Part shown: positions 26,607-36,308 of the stretch, one piece after another
How the letters are laid out: every line of letters starts with the position of its first letter
Numbering within the stretch: the stretch's first letter is position 1
DNA from: a virus
Taxonomy: Duplodnaviria; Caudoviricetes
Strand: one strand, 5' to 3'
Length of the DNA: 38,876 bases
Virus record (IMG/VR): IMGVR_UViG_3300014656_006087
Span: 1-38,876 of that record
Translations under genes and position numbers: made by a program
The notes under the pieces: model-generated
The model's input: the letters and a program-made list of their open reading frames with translations, nothing else
Told to the model about the DNA's origin: nothing
Databases searched by the model: none

Positions 26607-27716
26607 CTACCCGTAGTTGGTCAGATCAAGGAGGATGTTGTTGGTGATGGCCTTGGGGCTGTTGTAAGGCCGGGCCGTCAGCCAAATTTCCACGCTGTAC
26701 TTGGACATCCAGACGATGGCGATGTCCGCGTCCTTGGGGGGTTCGATCTCGCCGGGGAACACCAGGCCGAGAATCTTGCGGCTCCGGCTCATGCCCCGCA
26801 GGGGGCGCATGAAGTAGGTCTTCGCGGCGGCGATGCTGGCCGGGCTAGAGTTCAGGCGCCTGTCGGCGATCCTGGCCACGGCCAGCGGGTAGACCCTGCG
26901 CATGGCCTTCTGCACCACGCGGAGGTTCTCGATGACCTGGTAGTCGCCGCCGGGCACGTCCAGCACGTTGCCGTCGCCCCAATAGACGCCGGGGTAGTCG
27001 GGGTACCACTGCGGCACCGACCAGCGGGCCTTGTCCAGGGCATCGAGCACGGACATGTCCAGGATGAGGCCGTCCTTGTCCTCGGGGCGGTCGGACCACT
27101 CGCCGACGAGCGGGCCGGTGGCCACGCGCATGGGCGAGTCGGCCACGGTGACGGAACGGTTGGCGAGCCGCCCGGCGTACGCGCCGACCTCCGGACCCCA
27201 CAGGGTGGCCACGAGAGAGACCTGATCGGCCGCCACATTGGCGGTGATGGCCCGCAGGACGTCCTGGAACTCCGCCCAGGTCTCGGTGACCAGGGGCTTG
27301 CGCGAGCAGCCCACGATGAACACGGGCCGCATGTACGTGGCCATGATGGCCTCGGCCTTGGCCTGCATGTCTTCCACGTCCGTGGAGGCGGTCACCGGGT
27401 CGGTCACCACGATGGCCTCCACGGAGGTGCGCTCCATGGCGAAGTCGACGGCGTCTTCCCAGGTGGCGTCCACGGCCAGGGGGATAACGCAGGCGAACCA
27501 GTTCTGCCCGGCGTTCAGGCGGGCGGCCTGGATCTGGGTTTTGAGGTTGGAGTCGGCCGCGCCCAGGACGGCGTCGAGGTTGGTTTCCTGGCTCATGGTC
27601 ACGAGCTTGCCCTCGTTGGTGCCTGCGCCGCGCCCCACGAAGAGGAAGTAGTTCTCGACGGAGGGCAGCTCTCCCTGGATCAGGTTGAGATTGTTGACCT
27701 GTATGCGTCCAAGCAT
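26607..27716 (-). CDS. Tail sheath protein (DUF2586-like)
   Basis: VNNLNLIQG, ADSPMRVATG, WYPDYPGVYW.D motifs. Confidence 0.85.
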   Translation of the reverse strand: MLGRIQVNNLNLIQGELPSVENYFLFVGRGAGTNEGKLVTMSQETNLDAVLGAADSNLKTQIQAARLNAGQNWFACVIPLAVDATWEDAVDFAMERTSVEAIVVTDPVTASTDVEDMQAKAEAIMATYMRPVFIVGCSRKPLVTETWAEFQDVLRAITANVAADQVSLVATLWGPEVGAYAGRLANRSVTVADSPMRVATGPLVGEWSDRPEDKDGLILDMSVLDALDKARWSVPQWYPDYPGVYWGDGNVLDVPGGDYQVIENLRVVQKAMRRVYPLAVARIADRRLNSSPASIAAAKTYFMRPLRGMSRSRKILGLVFPGEIEPPKDADIAIVWMSKYSVEIWLTARPYNSPKAITNNILLDLTNYG

Positions 27717-27725
27717 GGGGTCTCC

Positions 27726-28415
27726 TTATCTGGGCACCTTGCCCAACACGGTTTTGGCGAGCTTCTCGCACATCTTTTCAGCCTCGCCCGGAGTCACTCC
27801 AAGGAAGGGCCGTTCCGGTACTGTGTCGCGCCACGACTGCGCACCCTGGGACTTCTTCGTGCGCATGAGCCGCAGGATGATTCCCGCCTGCCCAAGGCTC
27901 AAACGAGATTCGAGCCAGCCCACAGTCACCCGCATGGGCCGCCTTCCGCCGCCCTTCATGGGGACCATGAGCCGGTAGCCCACCCGCAGGAGAGCCGTGG
28001 CCTGGCTCCTGGTGCAGGCTGCCTTGTAGTCCGGGCGGCCGTAGACCTTGGCGGCCTTCTCCGGGGTCCAGTCTTCGCCGACGCCCTGCTGGTGCCGGTA
28101 GGCGATCTTTGCGGTGAGGGCGTTCTTCCAGGTCACTGCGACCCCGCCCAGATCAGGCCGGGATACGACCTCCACAGTCTTGGCGAGGCCGGAGAGCATG
28201 GCCCGGTCGGCGCGCTGCCTTTTGCGCGGGGCAAAGGGCGCGCCCTCGACCGTTTCCTGGCGGCGGATATTGCGCCTGCTCTGGGTGCGGACATAGCCCC
28301 CGAGCTTCCGCGCCTGCTTCATGCGGTCCTTGATCTCGCCGCCCAGGGCATCAAGCTGCTTGTCGAGGCGAGCAGCTCTGCGATGATCGACCTCTGCCGT
28401 GAGCTTAATCTGCAT
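27726..28415 (-). CDS. Virion morphogenesis protein (gpS-like)
   Basis: IAYRHQQG, PERPFLG. Confidence 0.8.
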   Translation of the reverse strand: MQIKLTAEVDHRRAARLDKQLDALGGEIKDRMKQARKLGGYVRTQSRRNIRRQETVEGAPFAPRKRQRADRAMLSGLAKTVEVVSRPDLGGVAVTWKNALTAKIAYRHQQGVGEDWTPEKAAKVYGRPDYKAACTRSQATALLRVGYRLMVPMKGGGRRPMRVTVGWLESRLSLGQAGIILRLMRTKKSQGAQSWRDTVPERPFLGVTPGEAEKMCEKLAKTVLGKVPR

Positions 28416-28887
28416 GGCCGTTCCCCAGGGCGACGGAACGCGCTTCCGCGATGTCCGGCGTGGGCAGCACGCTCCAGGGCCGACCGCGAAAGGAAATGCC
28501 CCCGGCCGGGTCTTCGATGATGACGATGCGCTCCTCGAACTCCACGGCGATTTCAAGGTCCGCCGTGAGGAGGTCGTTGATTTCGGCATCGACTTCGGGA
28601 TCGGCCAGGCCGTCCCGGTCCAGATCCACGTCGGCCAGCCATGCGAGCACGATGGCCAGCAGCGCCGGGCCGTCGCCGGGGTAGCGTTCGATCTGGATCA
28701 CGGCGTCGTACTTCCAGACGCCGATCTCGACCTGTTCGCGCGCCGGGCCGTCATTTTCCGAGAGGACCGAGCCGAGGTGGCGGCCGGACGGAGTCACGTC
28801 GCCCTTGTCCGCGTATGCGTGGAAGTTCTCCAGCGGGAGGCCGGTTGCGCCCCGGAGGTGGGCGACGAGCGCGGAAATCTTTCTCAT
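28405..28887 (-). CDS. Tail completion protein (gpR-like)
   Basis: Position between gpL and gpS; DLEIAVEFEE. Confidence 0.7.
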   Translation of the reverse strand: MRKISALVAHLRGATGLPLENFHAYADKGDVTPSGRHLGSVLSENDGPAREQVEIGVWKYDAVIQIERYPGDGPALLAIVLAWLADVDLDRDGLADPEVDAEINDLLTADLEIAVEFEERIVIIEDPAGGISFRGRPWSVLPTPDIAEARSVALGNGHAD

Positions 28888-28896
28888 GCCGTCCCC

Positions 28897-29352
28897 CTAG
28901 ATGAGCGCTACGTCCGTGCGACCCTGGCCGAGCAAGTCCGTGATGGCGTTCTGCGCCCAGGCGTAGAACGTGGCGGCTGTGTCGGCCCCTTCCTTGGCCT
29001 CGTTGCGCGCCGCCTCGCGCCGGTCCACCGTGGCGAACTGGCCGAGCAGCAGGGCCTTTGCGTGGCAGAACACGGCGCGCTTGTAGAGCAGGGCCGCACC
29101 GTCTGCGACGCCGGAGAGTGAAATGTCCGCGAGCTTGGCGACGCCTTCGGTCTCGCGCTCCGCGCGCCAGGCCAAGAGCTGCCTGCGGGTCCACAGCACG
29201 GCCAGGGACAGATGGTCGGACAAGAGCGGCTCGCCGAATTCAGCGGGCAGCCTGTAGCTGTCGACGAATTCGGCGACGGGGATGTCCGGGTACCAGCCGT
29301 CACCTTGTAACACCGTGGTCGCCGTGGTGCGGGGCAGCGCGTTGAAGCTCAT
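28897..29352 (-). CDS. Head completion protein (gpL-like)
   Basis: GWYPDI, LYKRAVFCHAKA, position. Confidence 0.85.
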   Translation of the reverse strand: MSFNALPRTTATTVLQGDGWYPDIPVAEFVDSYRLPAEFGEPLLSDHLSLAVLWTRRQLLAWRAERETEGVAKLADISLSGVADGAALLYKRAVFCHAKALLLGQFATVDRREAARNEAKEGADTAATFYAWAQNAITDLLGQGRTDVALI

Positions 29353-29453
29353 GTCCGAGTGCCCTCCAGGTTGGGGCTGTCCGTAGCCTTCGGTCGTCTC
29401 TGCGCACCCGCGCAGCGCCTATGCCCGGACAGCCCCGGTGGCGAGAGGAGTAT

Positions 29454-30233
29454 CTAGCTCCCCGTGGTCTCCGCTTCGGAACCGGGAGCGCCGGAGGTGC
29501 TTGCGCCCCCGGTCCCGTCGGCGGAGTTGAGCTGCTTATCGCCGCGCTCCTGCCGCTTGCGCACGGCATCGAGCGCGGTCTTGACCTTGCCCCCAAGGGC
29601 CATGGCCCGTTCGAGGTTCGAGGCGGCGCCGTCGAGGTCTCCGGTCTTCTCGGCCTGCAGGCCCACAAGGCGGTAGTAGCCAGCCTTGATCCTGTCGGGC
29701 ACGTCCCAGGCTTCGGCATCGCCGCCCTCGGCCACCATGGAGGCCAGCACGGTTCCCAGGTACGGCTCGAAGCCGCGCCCGGCGTTGTACTCGGCCTCGG
29801 CCCAGGCGAGGGTCTGCATGGCCACGAAGAGGGCCATGGGCGACTTGAAGCGTTCGGGCAGATCCTGCCCGTGCTCCAGGCACCAGAAGGCGACCTGTAG
29901 GGCCTCTTCGATGGCCCCGGCGTCGAAGGCCCAGACCACGTAGTAGCCGATCAGCTCGTGGCCCTTACCCTCCCCCATGAGCCGCGCGACATAGTCGCGG
30001 TACTTGGGCAGCAGGGTGTCGCGCTTGAGAGCGGCCTTGCGCTCCACGGACGCGACCTCGTGCAGGGCCTTGAGGTCTTCCTCCAGCGAAGCGGCGAGCA
30101 TGGCGGCGAGCTTGCTGCCGCCCATGAGGCCCTGGGGCATGATGCCGAGCACCCGCGCCCCGGCGGAGAGGGACTCCGCGTCAGGGCCTCCGGACGCCGC
30201 GAGGCGCTTCTGGTGCGTGCGCATGAGGCTCAT
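29454..30233 (-). CDS. Terminase small/endonuclease subunit (gpM-like)
   Basis: LLPKYRDYV, VWAFDAG, PERFK; follows capsid. Confidence 0.85.
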   Translation of the reverse strand: MSLMRTHQKRLAASGGPDAESLSAGARVLGIMPQGLMGGSKLAAMLAASLEEDLKALHEVASVERKAALKRDTLLPKYRDYVARLMGEGKGHELIGYYVVWAFDAGAIEEALQVAFWCLEHGQDLPERFKSPMALFVAMQTLAWAEAEYNAGRGFEPYLGTVLASMVAEGGDAEAWDVPDRIKAGYYRLVGLQAEKTGDLDGAASNLERAMALGGKVKTALDAVRKRQERGDKQLNSADGTGGASTSGAPGSEAETTGS

Positions 30234-30236
30234 GGC

Positions 30237-31262
30237 CTACTCCCAGCCAGCCGCGCCGTCGGGCAGGCGGACGTTGGCGAACTCCACGGCCACGAACTTC
30301 TCCGGGGTCTCCACGACGTAGCCCTCGTTGCGGCTGGAGTAGTCCTCGACCTGGTCCTTCTTGGGGTTGTCGACGATCTGGCGGCGCAGGGAGTTGGACT
30401 GCCGGTAGATCGAGATGTTGTCGTAGGAGGTGATGACCAGGCCGCGGCCGGGGAAGTTGCTGGGGGTCTCCCAGGGCAGGCCGCCGAAGGTGGTCAGGGA
30501 GGCGGACATGGCGGCCTTCTCGGTGGGTTTGCTTCCCACGGCGGCGAACAGGGTGGCCTTCTCGCGCGCGATGAGGTCGGAGCCGATGAACGCCACCAGA
30601 CCCCGGCGCATGTACTCCGGGATGCCCTGCAGCAGGTCGTTGACGGCCACGTCCAGGTTCGGCCAGTCGCCGCCCTCGCCGATCTTGATGAGCCCGGCGG
30701 CCTCGCCTTCGGCCAGGATGTTCGCGGGCAGGTTGTCGCGCATGTACTGCATCCAGCCCTTGTTCACGTCCTGCAGCAGCGTGTTGACTGCGGGGTCCGT
30801 GGTGGCGGCGGCGGAGGTGCCGTGCCAGCCGATCAGCTCCATGTCGTTGGCCATGCGCTGCTGCACGTAACGGGCGTAGCGTGCCTGGAAGTCTGGGAAC
30901 TTGGCCCAGGCGTCCATGAGCGCGTAGCGCAGAGCCACGTCGGCGTTGGTTTGCAAGAGGGTGTAGCCGTACTTCCCCAGGCCCAGGACGTTGCGCGGGG
31001 TGCGCTCCTTGTCGGCCTGGGAGGTGTCGGTGCGGCTGGTGACGGTGGCGTTGGCGTAGCCGAGCAGGTTCTCGCCCACGAGTTCGTCCACCGAGAGGAT
31101 GTTGATCTTGGGCAGGAAGGAGGCCTGCTCAACGATCTTGTCCAGAAGAGCCTGGGCCACAGCAGGAGCCACGGTGAAGGCAATCATGACCGAGGGGACG
31201 CCGTAGTTTGCGGCGAGGGTGGCGCACAGGGCGCTGAAAAGCTGGCGGGTCGTCGTTCTCAT
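30237..31262 (-). CDS. Major capsid protein, P2 family (gpN-like)
   Basis: LLQDVNKGW, DMELIGWHG, RNEGYVVE. Confidence 0.93.
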   Translation of the reverse strand: MRTTTRQLFSALCATLAANYGVPSVMIAFTVAPAVAQALLDKIVEQASFLPKINILSVDELVGENLLGYANATVTSRTDTSQADKERTPRNVLGLGKYGYTLLQTNADVALRYALMDAWAKFPDFQARYARYVQQRMANDMELIGWHGTSAAATTDPAVNTLLQDVNKGWMQYMRDNLPANILAEGEAAGLIKIGEGGDWPNLDVAVNDLLQGIPEYMRRGLVAFIGSDLIAREKATLFAAVGSKPTEKAAMSASLTTFGGLPWETPSNFPGRGLVITSYDNISIYRQSNSLRRQIVDNPKKDQVEDYSSRNEGYVVETPEKFVAVEFANVRLPDGAAGWE

Positions 31263-31272
31263 GGCGCGCTCC

Positions 31273-32121
31273 TTACAGGATGTTGACGTCGGCGTCGGCG
31301 GCCGCGCCCTGGGTGGGCGGAACCTTGGTGCCGGGGTTGGCAGTCTCGAACCGCGTCTTGATCTCGGCGAGCTGCTCGCCAAGCTTGGTCATACCGGCCT
31401 CGATGGAGGCGAAGCGGTCGGGGGCGCCATCGCCTTCGGCGGACTGGCCGCCCTGCGCGGCGTCCTTCTCGGGCTTGGCGGCGTCTTTTTCGGGATTGAC
31501 CGAGAGCGCCTCGAACTTTTCTTTCAGGGCCGCAACGTCGGCGGTCATGGTGTCGAGCTTGCCGGTCAGGGCCTCGTACTGTGCCTTGTCCATGGTTTCC
31601 TCGTGTTCCTCGTTGGGGTTGGAAGGGATGAACTTCTCCATGAAGCGGGTGAACCAGCCGGGCACCTCCTCCGGCCTGGGCAAAGAGAAGGCCTCTCCGG
31701 GCAGGAAGATGCTCCCCGGATGCGTGTGCCGCGCGGAGAACTTGAGTTCGTCGGTGCCCAGGGATGCCGGGGAGTCCGTCACGCCCAAGCCCACGAGATA
31801 GGTCTTGCCCGTCCCAGCGAAGTTCTGGGCCAGCTCCATGCTGAAGAACAGGTGCTGGCCGTAGCGGTTGTCCAACACGTAGTTGGCGTTGGGCTGGAGA
31901 CGGGCCAGCAGCGTCACGACGCCGTTTGCCTCTTCCGTCGCCAGCTCCAGGACTTTGCCGAAGTTCGTCACGCGGAGGTGTTCCGGCCAAATCATGGCGG
32001 TGTACACCGACGGGTCATAGCCCTCGGCCATGTCCCTCAACCACTGCGGGTCGATGTCGCGGCCATCGATGGCCTTGCCGGAACGCCCAATGCGCACGAA
32101 GTCTGTGGTGAGTTTTGTCAT
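31273..32121 (-). CDS. Capsid scaffolding protease (gpO-like)
   Basis: DGRDI, YLVGLGVTDSPASLGT. Confidence 0.92.
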   Translation of the reverse strand: MTKLTTDFVRIGRSGKAIDGRDIDPQWLRDMAEGYDPSVYTAMIWPEHLRVTNFGKVLELATEEANGVVTLLARLQPNANYVLDNRYGQHLFFSMELAQNFAGTGKTYLVGLGVTDSPASLGTDELKFSARHTHPGSIFLPGEAFSLPRPEEVPGWFTRFMEKFIPSNPNEEHEETMDKAQYEALTGKLDTMTADVAALKEKFEALSVNPEKDAAKPEKDAAQGGQSAEGDGAPDRFASIEAGMTKLGEQLAEIKTRFETANPGTKVPPTQGAAADADVNIL

Positions 32122-32192
32122 TACATGTCCCTCTCCCCATGGTCAGAAGATGCACGCCCGAAGCGCACGAGGTCTGTGGTGAGCTTTGTCAT
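32083..32192 (-). repeat. 39-bp direct repeat duplicating the gpO 5' end, creating a 23-aa upstream ORF (32121-32192)
   Basis: 32083-32121 vs 32154-32192, 35/39 identical. Confidence 0.8.
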
Positions 32193-32305
32193 GCCCGCCA
32201 TGTAGGCACATCTCGCGGGCGCAGGTCAAAGACATGGCTTCCGATTTCGGGCGGTTCGGACACGCCGGGCGCGAGCCCGAGCCCCGATGGTGCTATGGCG
32301 GCAGC

Positions 32306-34120
32306 ATGGAGCACGACGACACGCACGGACAGGCCCGCGCCCGGCACTACCCGGAAGAGATCAAGACGGCCGCAAGGGGCCTCTATCTGCGCCGGTACAC
32401 GGTGGCGGAGACCGCCGACGCCCTGAACGTGCCTCGGCGGACGCTGTACCACTGGGCCGCCACCGAAGATTGGGACGCCCTGCTGACGCACGAGACCCCA
32501 GAGCAGGCCATGGCGCGGCGGCTCGCCATTCTCGTCGAGCGTGACCAGAAATCGCCGCAGGAGTTGAAGGAAGTGGAGCTGCTCATCGGCTCCATGGAGC
32601 GCCTGCAGGCCATGCGCGTGCGCGAGCTGTCACGGAAGAGCGGGGACGGCGGCGGAGACGAGGCCCGCACGGAGGCGCACGGAGGCGGAGAGAGGCGCCC
32701 CCAGGACGGCGCCGCCCGCAAGCGCGGCCCCAAGGTCAAGAACGACGTGTCCCGCCTGACGCCAGCGCTGTTCCAGGAAAAATTCCACACCCGGTTCTAC
32801 GACTACCAGCGGGTCTGGCGTGCGGCCCAAGCCCAGCGCAACCGGGCGATCCTCAAGAGCCGCCAGATCGGCGCGACGTGGTACTTCGCGCAGGAGGCCT
32901 TTGAGAACGCGGCCTTGACCGGCGACAATCAGATCTTCCTTTCGGCCACGCGCGCGCAGTCGAACGTGTTCCGAACCTACATCATGCAGCTCGTGGGCGA
33001 GGCCTTCGACATCACGCTCTCCGGCAACCCGCTCATCCTGCACACGGCGAACGGCCCGGCCGAGCTGCACTTCCTCTCGAACAATTCCAAGAGCGCGCAG
33101 TCCTACCACGGCCACGTCTACATCGACGAGTTCTTCTGGATCACCAAATTCCGCGAGCTGTTCAAGGTGGCCACCGGCATGGCCGCGCACCGGAAGTGGC
33201 GGCGCACCCTGTTCTCGACTCCCTCGGCAGTGACGCACGAGGCCAATGGGCTGTGGTCCGGCGCGGACTATCAGGCCCGCTTCCCCAGGCCCAAGCCGTG
33301 GCCGGACGCCGCGGCGCACCGGGCCGGAACCCTGTGCCCGGACACCTGGTGGCGGCAGATCGTGACCCTGGCCGACGCGGAGGCCGGAGGCTGCGACTTG
33401 TTCGACGCCGCCCAGCTCAAGCTCGAATACTCGCCGGAAGAGTTCCGGCAGCTCTTCAGCTGCGAGTTCGTCGACGACGCGCTGTCCGTCTTCGGCCTGG
33501 CGCTGCTTGAGAGCTGCATGGCGGACCCGGCCGATTGGGATGAAGTTGCGCTTGGCGACACCCACCCCGTGGGGAACCGGCCGGTGTGGGGCGGATACGA
33601 CCCCAGCCGGACGCGCGACGACGCCAGCTTCGCCGTGATCCTGCCGCCGCTCAAGCCGGGCGACAAGGCCAAGGTCATCGAGCGGCACAAGTGGGTGGGC
33701 AAGTCCTACCTGTGGCAGGCCGGGCGCATCAAGGAGCTGAATGACAAATACCGCTTCGCGCACCTCGGCATCGACACCACGGGGCCGGGCATCGGCGTGT
33801 ATGAGCAGGTGCGGCAGTTCTGCCCAACGGCCACGCCCATAGTCTATTCCGTCCAGACCAAGACCGCCCTGGTGCTCAAGGCGCTGGAGGTCATGGAGGA
33901 GAGGCGGCTGGAATGGAACGCGGCTGAAACAGAAATCGGACACGCCTTCATGACCATTCGGCAGGTTGTGACCGGCAACGGCCAGATCACCTATGCGGCC
34001 AACCGGACGGCAAGCACCGGCCACGCCGACGTGGCCTGGGCGATCATGCACGGCCTGGCCGCCGAGCCGCTCGCGCGCCAGACAGGCAACAGCGGCTGCA
34101 CTGTCGCCATCGGCGCATAA
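32306..34120 (+). CDS. Terminase ATPase subunit (gpP-like)
   Basis: N-terminal HTH, LKSRQIGATW, YIDEFFW, GYDPS, GHADVAWA. Confidence 0.93.
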   Translation: MEHDDTHGQARARHYPEEIKTAARGLYLRRYTVAETADALNVPRRTLYHWAATEDWDALLTHETPEQAMARRLAILVERDQKSPQELKEVELLIGSMERLQAMRVRELSRKSGDGGGDEARTEAHGGGERRPQDGAARKRGPKVKNDVSRLTPALFQEKFHTRFYDYQRVWRAAQAQRNRAILKSRQIGATWYFAQEAFENAALTGDNQIFLSATRAQSNVFRTYIMQLVGEAFDITLSGNPLILHTANGPAELHFLSNNSKSAQSYHGHVYIDEFFWITKFRELFKVATGMAAHRKWRRTLFSTPSAVTHEANGLWSGADYQARFPRPKPWPDAAAHRAGTLCPDTWWRQIVTLADAEAGGCDLFDAAQLKLEYSPEEFRQLFSCEFVDDALSVFGLALLESCMADPADWDEVALGDTHPVGNRPVWGGYDPSRTRDDASFAVILPPLKPGDKAKVIERHKWVGKSYLWQAGRIKELNDKYRFAHLGIDTTGPGIGVYEQVRQFCPTATPIVYSVQTKTALVLKALEVMEERRLEWNAAETEIGHAFMTIRQVVTGNGQITYAANRTASTGHADVAWAIMHGLAAEPLARQTGNSGCTVAIGA

Positions 34121-34137
34121 CACCCTCGGGAGGGGAC

Positions 34138-35115
34138 ATGGATAACGTAGCCTACTTCACCTTCGGCGACCCGGAACCGGCCCTGGCAGGGCAGATGCTG
34201 GACGGCCTTGGCGTTTGGCTTTTGGACAACGGGCAATACTTCCAGACGCCGGTGCCCTGGCGCGGCCTGGCCAGGCTGCTGCGCGCGAACGCCTACCACG
34301 GCCCCATCGTCGAGTTCAAGACCAACATGATCATGCGCGGATTCATCCCCTCCACGGCGGTTTCGCGCTGGGCCATGCACGCGGCGGCCACCGACTACCA
34401 CGTGTTCGCCAACACCTACCTGCAGAAGATTTACAACTTCTACGGCGAGGTGATCGCGCTCCGGCACCTCCCGGCCATCAACATGCGGCGGATGAAGGAG
34501 GCCGGGCAGTACGGCATGTTGACGTGCACCGGGCAGTTGGTGTCCTTCCAGCCGGGTGAGGTGTTGCACCTGCGCAACTACGACGTGAGCCAGGAAATAT
34601 ACGGCATGCCCTATTACCTGGGCGCCGTGCAGTCCATGCTGCTCAACGAGGATGCGACGCTCTTCCGGCGGCGCTACTACCGCAATGGCGCGCACGTGGG
34701 CTACATCTTCTACTCCGCGTCCTCCGGGCTTGATGAAGACTCGCGGAACAAGATCAAGGCGTCCATCGAGGGCTCCAAGGGGCTGGGCAACTTCCGCAAC
34801 ATGTTCCTGCACATCCCCAATGGCCGCGAGAAGGACATCCAGATTCTGCCGGTTGGCGACTTCTCCACCAAGGACGAGCTGGAGCGCATCAAGAACATTT
34901 CGCGTGATGACATAATCGCGGCCCACCGCATTCCCCCGGCCATGGCCAGCATCATCCCGACCAACACGGCGGGCTTCGGCGACATCACCAAGACGGACGC
35001 CGTCTACGCGCGCAACGAGGTGCAGCCCATCCGCGAGATTCTGCTGGAGGTGAACAGCTGCCTTCGGCCTGGGCTCACGGTGTCGTGGCCGGTCATCGAG
35101 AAAGTGGGGGCGTAA
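34138..35115 (+). CDS. Portal protein (gpQ / PBSX-type)
   Basis: ATLFRRRYYRNGAHVG, GLGNFRNMF, AHRIPP, GFGD. Confidence 0.93.
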   Translation: MDNVAYFTFGDPEPALAGQMLDGLGVWLLDNGQYFQTPVPWRGLARLLRANAYHGPIVEFKTNMIMRGFIPSTAVSRWAMHAAATDYHVFANTYLQKIYNFYGEVIALRHLPAINMRRMKEAGQYGMLTCTGQLVSFQPGEVLHLRNYDVSQEIYGMPYYLGAVQSMLLNEDATLFRRRYYRNGAHVGYIFYSASSGLDEDSRNKIKASIEGSKGLGNFRNMFLHIPNGREKDIQILPVGDFSTKDELERIKNISRDDIIAAHRIPPAMASIIPTNTAGFGDITKTDAVYARNEVQPIREILLEVNSCLRPGLTVSWPVIEKVGA

Positions 35116-35154
35116 GCATGTTGACAAAGAAACAGGTGATTTGGCTACAGTTAT

Positions 35155-35183
35155 TTGACAAAATCCGACATATCGGATAGTGT
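35155..35183 (+). promoter_or_regulatory. Sigma70-type promoter of ogr with palindrome in the spacer
   Basis: TTGACA-17 nt-TAGTGT; ATCCGA-N4-TCGGAT at 35163-35178. Confidence 0.65.
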
Positions 35184-35204
35184 TCTTTTTGGAGGTTGGA
35201 CACC

Positions 35205-35459
35205 ATGCGCATCAAATGCGACCGCTGCCGCAGCAAAGCCCGCATCGCGACCACGCGTGAGATAACGCCCACCTTCAGCCACCTCTATTGCTCCTGCACG
35301 AATCCCCTGTGCGGGCACACCTTCGTGGTGGACTTGAGCTTCTCGCACACGTTGTCCCCGTCAGCTCTCGACCTCCCGGAGGCGATGCGCGAGGCTCTGC
35401 GCGGTTGCGCCACCCAGGCCCAGGCGCAGGGCGTACTGGGCGGCGCAGCCGCGGGCTAG
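35205..35459 (+). CDS. ogr: Ogr/Delta-like late activator
   Basis: CDRC...YCSCTNPLCGHTFV...TLSPSA. Confidence 0.9.
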   Translation: MRIKCDRCRSKARIATTREITPTFSHLYCSCTNPLCGHTFVVDLSFSHTLSPSALDLPEAMREALRGCATQAQAQGVLGGAAAG

Positions 35460-35914
35460 CCCCGAGCCTCTCCGCCGGGCTCCTCGGCCGCTATCTGGTT
35501 CATGTAGTGCCGCGCGGCCGCCGCAAGGAAGCCAGAGCGGGTCAGCCCCTCGACCTTGGCGACCCTGTCGATGCGCGCCAGGACGTTCGGGGCCAGAGAC
35601 ACGTTGATCCGGACCGGGGCGCCCTGTGGCGGCGCGGGCACGGCCTGCAGAATGGCGGCCTGGTGCAGGGCCTCGCCATCCTCCATGGCCTCGGCCTCCG
35701 CCTTGGCCCTGGCCGCCTTGAAGTCGGACGGAGCCGGGATGGGATCACCGTCCTGGCGCAGCACGTCCAGGAATCCTTCCAGAGCCTCCTGGGCCATGGC
35801 GAACGCCTGGGCGAAGTTCTCTCCCTGGGTGACGCAACCCGGCAGGTCCGGGAAGGTCGCGACATAGCCGCCGGGGTGTTCTTCTATGGGGTGAAATACA
35901 GCGATGTAGTACAT
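35456..35914 (-). CDS. hicB: HicB antitoxin (with RHH domain)
   Basis: FPDLPGCVTQGE...AQEAL; RINVSL...TRSGFLA. Confidence 0.92.
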   Translation of the reverse strand: MYYIAVFHPIEEHPGGYVATFPDLPGCVTQGENFAQAFAMAQEALEGFLDVLRQDGDPIPAPSDFKAARAKAEAEAMEDGEALHQAAILQAVPAPPQGAPVRINVSLAPNVLARIDRVAKVEGLTRSGFLAAAARHYMNQIAAEEPGGEARG

Positions 35915-35998
35915 GGTATCGCCTCAATGTGGCAGTAGGTTCAGTCAGATAGTGAGTACGCGATCCCGTCGAGACGCTCGACCGAGGGGTGAAGCCGC

Positions 35999-36187
35999 CT
36001 AGCGCAGCTTCACCCCGGACGCCTTTTCGATGCTTTTGATGTTCTTGATCCACAAATCCTTTACCGGGTGCTGGACTGTGACCTTGCCGGGCTTGGCGGG
36101 GTGCTTGAAGTACCAGTGGTCGCCGCGCGTCCCCACATGTTCCCAGCCGTCTTCCTCCAGCTTTTTGATGACCTGTCTGCTTTCCAC
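35999..36187 (-). CDS. hicA: HicA mRNA interferase toxin
   Basis: LEEDGW...RGDHWYFKHP.KPGKVTVQHP.KDL. Confidence 0.92.
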   Translation of the reverse strand: MESRQVIKKLEEDGWEHVGTRGDHWYFKHPAKPGKVTVQHPVKDLWIKNIKSIEKASGVKLR

Positions 36188-36211
36188 GTTCCCTCCGTTC
36201 GCCTGAAAAGA

Positions 36212-36263
36212 AAACTACACACTTCTTGTGTAGCGGTCAAGTATTTTGTGTATTTTATACACA
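36212..36263 (-). promoter_or_regulatory. hicAB promoter with two palindromic operators
   Basis: TTGACC-17-TAGTTT; CTACACA-N5-TGTGTAG (36215-36233) and TGTGTAT-N3-ATACACA (36247-36263). Confidence 0.7.
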
Positions 36264-36298
36264 AAAAAGCTCCGGAGCCGTTGCCGACTCCGGAGCTT
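36263..36298 (-). terminator. Intrinsic terminator of the Bro-N operon
   Basis: AAGCTCCGGAG/CTCCGGAGCTT stem with T-run. Confidence 0.75.
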
Positions 36299-36308
36299 GC
36301 ACCGTGGG

